Shown here one piece after another: positions 44,562 through 49,915 of a stretch of DNA of 49,915 bases. The notes beneath the pieces are model-generated. The model made no database searches and was not told the DNA's origin. It saw only the letters and a program-made list of their open reading frames with translations. The stretch is from Candidatus Cloacimonadota bacterium (GTDB lineage Bacteria > Cloacimonadota > Cloacimonadia > Cloacimonadales > WRIO01): positions 1-49,915 of the forward strand of contig JAKQQL010000298.1 in NCBI GenBank assembly GCA_029564175.1. The letters are read 5' to 3'. The position numbers and the translations under genes were made by a program. How positions within the stretch are numbered: the first letter of the stretch is position 1; the number at the start of each line of letters is the position of its first letter.

Positions 44562-45857
44562 ATGAAGGCGGTATTAAGAAAGAAAGCCAAACACATCATC
44601 ACTGGATTACTGGTTGTTATGAGTATTTCTATGCTATCAGCACAGGAATTAAGAAGAGTTGAAACTTTAGTCGTAAGTAATGAAGGTTCTGCAAAAAACA
44701 TTCAAATTACAGAAATCAAACCGATTGAAGCGATTGATGATTCCACTGAAGGCAAAGAAACTAAAAAGAAAAGAATCATTATTGATTTAAACAATGAAGA
44801 GAGCGATGATGAAAGCTCTGTTCAAAAAGCATTCATGGGCGTCTTTACAGAAAATCTCAGTTTAAAAAAAGCAAGAGAACTCAGTTATCCAAACAATTTC
44901 GGTGTTTTGATAACTGGTGTTTCCAGCAATACCCCTGCAGAAAAGCATGGTTTAGCTAAAAATGATATTTTGATGAAATTTGATGATACAGAATTAGTTG
45001 ATAAAGAGACTTTTGAAAGTGTCATTACCCGATATAAAGCCGGAGATAAGATTAAACTGACTTATTTCCGTGATGGAAAAGAAAACCAAATAGATTTTGA
45101 ATTTGGCAAAAGAGTCAATAATGTAAAAGTAAACATTGGAACGAATCGTTTTGATATCGATGAAGACATGGAAGACATTATCTTTTCAAATAAAACAGGC
45201 AAAAAATCTGTTGGATACGGTGGCGGTACATGGATGCCAATCTGGGTAGCTCTTAATATGGATGATGTCAATGACCTGGTTACCCGTGTTGGCTTTAGCA
45301 AAATTGCAGATGATGGTATGTTATTCAATGGTGGTGGCGGTAAAATAGGTATTGGCAAAGGTCTTTTCCTCGGTGGTATGGGTGCTGGTTACTCACTGAC
45401 CAAAAAAACAAATGCGACTGTTAGTTCTGAAAATGTCATCAGAAGATTGCAGTATCAAACATCATTCGGTGGTGTTACACTTGATAAACGTTTTGCTATC
45501 ACTAAAAACTTCATCGGTTCTTTTGGCGTCATGATTGGTGGAGCTAGTCAGACAATCGAAATCAGTCAGTCAAAAGGTGACTACAACTGGGGTACTTACC
45601 ACACTCAAATCCAAAACTCAGCAAACAACTATGTTAAATTTAAAAAATCATATATCATCGCACAACCTAAAGCAGAATTACTCTATCGCTTAACCAGCTG
45701 GTTAGGCATCAGAGCTGAAGGAGGCTATATTGCTTCTTATGGCTGGACAACCGGCTGGGATGCAAAACTGACAGGCGACACATTTGAAGTTACCCACTCA
45801 CCAAACACTAAGTTTGATGCTTATACTGTAAGTGTCGGACCTTGGTTTGGCTTTTAA
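44562..45857 (+). CDS. Exported PDZ-domain protein with C-terminal beta-barrel-like domain
   Basis: GGAGG SD; signal peptide; AFMGV..GVLITGV..TPAEKHGLAKNDIL..RDGKE PDZ; Gly/aromatic beta-strands ending VSVGPWFGF. Confidence 0.8.
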   Translation: MKAVLRKKAKHIITGLLVVMSISMLSAQELRRVETLVVSNEGSAKNIQITEIKPIEAIDDSTEGKETKKKRIIIDLNNEESDDESSVQKAFMGVFTENLSLKKARELSYPNNFGVLITGVSSNTPAEKHGLAKNDILMKFDDTELVDKETFESVITRYKAGDKIKLTYFRDGKENQIDFEFGKRVNNVKVNIGTNRFDIDEDMEDIIFSNKTGKKSVGYGGGTWMPIWVALNMDDVNDLVTRVGFSKIADDGMLFNGGGGKIGIGKGLFLGGMGAGYSLTKKTNATVSSENVIRRLQYQTSFGGVTLDKRFAITKNFIGSFGVMIGGASQTIEISQSKGDYNWGTYHTQIQNSANNYVKFKKSYIIAQPKAELLYRLTSWLGIRAEGGYIASYGWTTGWDAKLTGDTFEVTHSPNTKFDAYTVSVGPWFGF

Positions 45858-45870
45858 ACATAGAATCCTC

Positions 45871-45900
45871 AAAAAGGCACAGGGAACTGTGCCTTTTTTT
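45871..45900 (+). terminator. Intrinsic terminator
   Basis: aaaaaggcacag-ggaa-ctgtgccttttttt. Confidence 0.88.
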
Positions 45901-45917
45901 ATTTCAGAATTTTCCTC

Positions 45918-45945
45918 TTGACAAAAATATTACTTAAATTATTGT
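45918..45945 (+). promoter_or_regulatory. Sigma70-type promoter of the hflX leader
   Basis: TTGACA (45918) then 16 nt then TATTGT (45940). Confidence 0.55.
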
Positions 45946-45971
45946 ATTCAAAAAATATGGAGGTATCAAAA

Positions 45972-46007
45972 ATGATGACTGTAATGATCCGTTTACGCAA
46001 CATCTGA
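45972..46007 (+). CDS. Leader peptide MMTVMIRLRNI (putative ribosome-stalling uORF)
   Basis: Strong SD GGAGGT (45959-45964) 7 nt before ATG; 11 codons ending TGA; contains RLR. Confidence 0.75.
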   Translation: MMTVMIRLRNI

Positions 46008-46097
46008 ACTGCAATACCAAAGCATTAAATTTCTAAAAATTTAGTCTGGTATTGCTCTCAATTTGTGCAATCCCGGGCTAATACTATATAAATTTTT

Positions 46098-46127
46098 AAC
46101 TCAGGGACAAACTCTCTGAGTTTTTTT
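46098..46127 (+). terminator. Attenuator terminator in the hflX leader
   Basis: aactcaggga-caaac-tctctgagtt followed by T-run, about 50 nt before the hflX ATG. Confidence 0.75.
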
Positions 46128-46176
46128 GTAGCATAGGATTGCAGCACAAGTCACATTTAAAAGAAAGGAAGGACTT

Positions 46177-47475
46177 ATGTTACAGGAAACGACCCTAGAA
46201 GAAAACAAAAGAGCACTTTTAGTTAGCATTTGTTTATCAAATAAAGAAATAGAAAAGACAGTCATTTCTCTGAAAGAGCTTAAAAGACTGGCTGATACTG
46301 CTGGTTACGAGTCAGTAGACAGCGTTTATCAAAACAGAAAAAATCATGATCGTGCCTATTTCTTAGGAAAAGGCTATATTGAATCTCTGAGAGACAGAAT
46401 GAAAGCTGAAAACATAGAGTATCTCATCTTTGATGATGAACTGTCACCCTCCCAGCATGCCAATATAGAAAAGGATTTTAATATCAGAGTTTTGGACAGA
46501 ACAGAGATTATTTTAAAGATTTTCTATCTGCATGCTAAAACCGGTGAAGCCAGACTCCAAATTCGCTTAGCGGAATTAAAGTATGAATTACCCCGTTTAA
46601 AACAGAATCAGATCACTTTTGACCGGATTGCAGGGTCATCAGCAGGTGGTGTCGGATTTGCATCCAGAGGATCAGGCGAAAAACAAATTGATTTGGATAG
46701 AACGAAAATCAGAGCTGAAATTCATCAAATCTCTGAAAAACTAAATAAGATCTTGATTCAAAAAAAGACGCAATCCAAACAAAGAGAAAAAATTCATCGA
46801 ATATGCCTGGTAGGTTATACCAATGCAGGTAAATCAACCCTCTTTAATAATCTGACTCAATCTGATGTATTGGTAGAAGATAAACTTTTTGCAACGCTTG
46901 ACTCAACAGTCAGACCTTTTACCCGTTCTATCCATGACGATTTTGTGATCGCTGATACTGTTGGTTTTATTGCCAAATTGCCTCATACCCTCGTAGCTTC
47001 TTTCCGTGCAACTTTAAAAGAGGCAAAAGAAGCTAATTTGCTATTACATGTGGTTGATGTATCAGACCCCAACTTTGAAAGTCAGATCAGTGAAGTTAAT
47101 ACGGTGCTGAAAGATATAGAAACAGATCATATCCCTGAATTTCTTGTATTTAATAAGATTGATTGCCTGACTCCTGATCAGGTTTTGACTTTGAGTCATC
47201 GTTTTCAAAATGCAATCTTCATTTCAGCAAAAAAAGATCTGAATGTAGATCTTCTCATAAAAAAGATAGAAGATTTCTTCATTCTCAAAATAGATTATCA
47301 TTTACTAATCCCCTATCGTGAACAAAAGCTGATTGCTCAATTACACAAGACTGCAGTAATCAAGGAAATGGAACATCTTGAAAATGGGATCAGAATGTTA
47401 GTAACACTTGATTCAAATTATAAATCACAAATTGAAAACTATATTATTAACCAGGAATCAACCGTCATAGAATAG
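46177..47475 (+). CDS. hflX: Ribosome-splitting GTPase HflX
   Basis: DDELSPSQ, LDRTEIILKIF..HA.T.EA.LQ, GYTNAGKST, DKLFATLD, DTVGFI, NKID. Confidence 0.96.
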   Translation: MLQETTLEENKRALLVSICLSNKEIEKTVISLKELKRLADTAGYESVDSVYQNRKNHDRAYFLGKGYIESLRDRMKAENIEYLIFDDELSPSQHANIEKDFNIRVLDRTEIILKIFYLHAKTGEARLQIRLAELKYELPRLKQNQITFDRIAGSSAGGVGFASRGSGEKQIDLDRTKIRAEIHQISEKLNKILIQKKTQSKQREKIHRICLVGYTNAGKSTLFNNLTQSDVLVEDKLFATLDSTVRPFTRSIHDDFVIADTVGFIAKLPHTLVASFRATLKEAKEANLLLHVVDVSDPNFESQISEVNTVLKDIETDHIPEFLVFNKIDCLTPDQVLTLSHRFQNAIFISAKKDLNVDLLIKKIEDFFILKIDYHLLIPYREQKLIAQLHKTAVIKEMEHLENGIRMLVTLDSNYKSQIENYIINQESTVIE

Positions 47476-48015
47476 TATATTTTTTGGCAAAAAATCCTGA
47501 TGTATTAGCCTATAATGCGGATTATAGGCTTTTTTAAATCCTTCAGAATGATGACAAATAAATTTGTTACGATCCATCAATTCATTGATGAAGATGATAT
47601 CTTCTTCAAAATTGGGTATCGGCATATTTTCAATTTTAATGACCTGCAAAATACCTTCCCATTCTTCTCTAAAAATACTTTCAGATATCGGTTCTATACT
47701 ACTGGCACTTTCAATGAAAGCACTAAACAATAGATCAAAGTCCAAATGTTTATCTTTTACCAGCTTTAAATTAACTCGATAGAAAGGAAGAAAGTAATCA
47801 CAGGATTGCAATATAACATGATCAAAAGAGAGTGAATGCTCAATTTCATAAAGCAGATATTGTCTTGCAGATTCATAATCAGATATAATATGACCTGGTC
47901 CAAAAGCACTTTGGGCAAAATACTTAAAGTAATCGGTTAATCTACTCTCCGGATGGAGTGCAAACTCGTTAAAAACTGCGTCTCTAATCCGTTTTACTTT
48001 AGCAAGAAAAGGCAT
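47458..48015 (-). CDS. Conserved-looking hypothetical protein
   Basis: 185-aa ORF overlapping the amidohydrolase stop; motifs HP..DYFK..QSAFGPGH and HHS..Y.PHYR. Confidence 0.7.
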   Translation of the reverse strand: MPFLAKVKRIRDAVFNEFALHPESRLTDYFKYFAQSAFGPGHIISDYESARQYLLYEIEHSLSFDHVILQSCDYFLPFYRVNLKLVKDKHLDFDLLFSAFIESASSIEPISESIFREEWEGILQVIKIENMPIPNFEEDIIFINELMDRNKFICHHSEGFKKAYNPHYRLIHQDFLPKNILFYDG

Positions 48016-49480
48016 GAATCCCTTTTTTATATACGGATATGACTTTTATCTGATCTATCTTCTGACTTTTAAAAATATCCTGATCTAAACAGACAAAATC
48101 AGCCTGTTTACCAATAGAGAGAGTGCCTATCTGATTGTCATCAAAAGATAACTTTGCTGCATTTGATGTATAAAGAGAGATGGCTTCAAATACTTCAAGC
48201 CGTTCATCCGGATTATGAATATTTACAGCTGAATCAATTCCCAGCAACGCATCCACTGGTGTGATATACCAGTCAGAACCACCAGTAACCAACACTCCCT
48301 GACTGATTAATGATTTAAAACGATTGCAGGAATAGGCTCTGTCCAAACCAAGTACCTTCTGATAAAAACCTGTTTTACCACCCCAATATCGGTCAAATGC
48401 AGGCTGCATAACAGCACTCATCTGATTTTCAGCCATTCTTTGAATCATATCATCTCTGAGAAGTTCACAATGAATAATCTGATGTCTTAGGTCTTTTTCA
48501 TGATGTTTCTGCGCTTTTTCAACGGCATTGATTATCTGATTGATAGCAAAATCTCCAATACAATGTACTCCTACCTGTAAATTGTTTTGATGACATTCCA
48601 TGATGAATTGATCCCAAAATTCCTGGTTCTGATATGGATTTCCATAATGTTCCGGCATATCTGCATAAGGTACAGATAAAGCAGCGGTATGTGAGCCAAA
48701 AGAGCCATCAGCCAAAATACAGCCTCCAATTCGGGTAGCACCGTTATCAAGCGCTTTTCTGATATTAAAAGACTGTGGATAGAGTTTATAATCAATTATA
48801 AAATGACTTAAATTTTGATTCATCACCGGATAATGAAGAATATCCTGTTTTGCATCTCCAATCATGGTATGAATCGTTGTATGCCCTGTTGATAACGCTA
48901 TTTTTTGTGCCGCTTCATAGGCTTCCAGTACAGCCGTTTCAGAGAGGTTTTTATGAAACCAGTGAGCAGCATTATCATTCAAGTCGCCTTTTAAAAGCCC
49001 ATTAAAATGATCAGGTAAGCGATAATTCCACTGGATTGATTTTAGAGCTTTCGTATTGATAATACAAGAGTGTCCGTCAACCCTTCTAAGCAATAATGGC
49101 AGGTCTGGAACAACCGCATCCAGCTCCTCAATTGTTGGAAATCTCTTTTCGGTGATAGCATTTTCATCCAGATTCCAGGCAAAAATCATCTGGCTGATCG
49201 GATTTGCTTCTTTTAGCCTGTTGAATAAATCAGACAGATCTTTCACATGAGAGCAATCGACCCCTTTACTGTATAATCCGCCTTCAAATGAATGCGTATG
49301 AGTATCAATAAAACCAGGTAAAACACAGGCACCTTTCAGATCAATCTGTTTACCCTGAAAACTGGGAAGCTGATCTTTAAAAACAGCCTGAATGATACCA
49401 TTATCAACAAGACAAGCAGTAAAAAATTCATCTCTTTGATTCATTGTATAAAAACGGGTATTATAAAATAAGGTTTGCAT
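47999..49480 (-). CDS. Amidohydrolase_3 (YtcJ-like) metallo-hydrolase
   Basis: PGFIDTHTH, DGH...N, DGSFGSHTAAL, HCIGD, GSDW, GKQADFV. Confidence 0.88.
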   Translation of the reverse strand: MQTLFYNTRFYTMNQRDEFFTACLVDNGIIQAVFKDQLPSFQGKQIDLKGACVLPGFIDTHTHSFEGGLYSKGVDCSHVKDLSDLFNRLKEANPISQMIFAWNLDENAITEKRFPTIEELDAVVPDLPLLLRRVDGHSCIINTKALKSIQWNYRLPDHFNGLLKGDLNDNAAHWFHKNLSETAVLEAYEAAQKIALSTGHTTIHTMIGDAKQDILHYPVMNQNLSHFIIDYKLYPQSFNIRKALDNGATRIGGCILADGSFGSHTAALSVPYADMPEHYGNPYQNQEFWDQFIMECHQNNLQVGVHCIGDFAINQIINAVEKAQKHHEKDLRHQIIHCELLRDDMIQRMAENQMSAVMQPAFDRYWGGKTGFYQKVLGLDRAYSCNRFKSLISQGVLVTGGSDWYITPVDALLGIDSAVNIHNPDERLEVFEAISLYTSNAAKLSFDDNQIGTLSIGKQADFVCLDQDIFKSQKIDQIKVISVYKKGIHAFSC

Positions 49481-49483
49481 AAT

Positions 49484-49915
49484 TTATCCTTTAAACATCT
49501 TTTCCAACAAGCAATAAAACTGATGAACAGGAAAACCCATTACATTAAAGTAGCATCCATTTACTTTTTCAATAAATTGTGCGCCATATCCCTGAATTCC
49601 GTACGCGCCGGCTTTGTCCATAGGTTCTCCGGTGGCTATGTAGTCTTTAATCTCCTGCTCAGACATTTTTTTAAAACTGACACTTGTCTTTTCAACAGAA
49701 GTATAGTTTTTCATCTTATATCGGACACAAATTCCTGTATAAACCGCATGAGTATGCTCTGACAAGGCGTTTAAATAGTCAAAAGCCATCGCTTCATTCT
49801 CCGGTTTTCCTAATATGTGCTTTTTATGATAGACAATCGTATCAGCAGCGACAATCAGACAGTCCTGATCCATTTCCTCTGCTATGGTCTGACATTTCTT
49901 TATAGCCAGACGACA
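49484..49915 (-). CDS. maf: Maf-family nucleotide pyrophosphatase, 3' part (runs off window end)
   Basis: AADTIV..ILGKP, H.VYTG, GEPMDKAGAYGIQG, NVMGFP; frame stays open to the window edge (CRLAIKKCQ..). Confidence 0.93.
   Translation of the reverse strand, partial: CRLAIKKCQTIAEEMDQDCLIVAADTIVYHKKHILGKPENEAMAFDYLNALSEHTHAVYTGICVRYKMKNYTSVEKTSVSFKKMSEQEIKDYIATGEPMDKAGAYGIQGYGAQFIEKVNGCYFNVMGFPVHQFYCLLEKMFKG

Noticed and set aside
1234..49905. Numerous 60-125 aa ORFs nested in or antisense to long genes
   Set aside because: Shadow ORFs of well-supported CDSs, with no motifs or ribosome-binding sites

Overview
AT-rich, gene-dense chromosomal window from a diderm, probably anaerobic bacterium. 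It carries a lipid A-type acyltransferase, a PorV/PorQ-family protein and OM beta-barrels. The gene content resembles Cloacimonadota or other FCB-adjacent lineages, but that is inference. Housekeeping genes: hpt (partial), tilS, folC, rlpA, mtaD-like deaminase, htpG, an ABC-F ATPase, rne/rng, rplU, rpmA, hflX and maf (partial). Accessory blocks: (i) a chemotaxis/stator cluster (MCP, Na+-type motAB, CheW) built largely from catalytically degenerate domains: pseudo-receiver-PAS, a free-standing intein-like HINT domain, a CheA with no HPt and a decayed ATP site, and a separate HPt-STAS-like protein; (ii) a three-gene operon resembling a chaperone-usher pilus; (iii) an ECF transporter with a one-site ATPase and an internal 80-bp REPIN array; (iv) two orphan paralogues, each preceded by four 11-bp direct repeats; (v) an AAA_14/DUF4143 gene bracketed by ~158-bp direct repeats. 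Cis-elements visible in the sequence: an RLR leader-peptide attenuator before hflX, a CIRCE box before htpG, a sigma54 promoter before a PDZ/beta-barrel fusion, several intrinsic terminators and at least three families of short palindromic (REP-like) repeats. I found no rRNA, tRNA, CRISPR array, transposase or integrase. All calls are by eye; no database searches were run.
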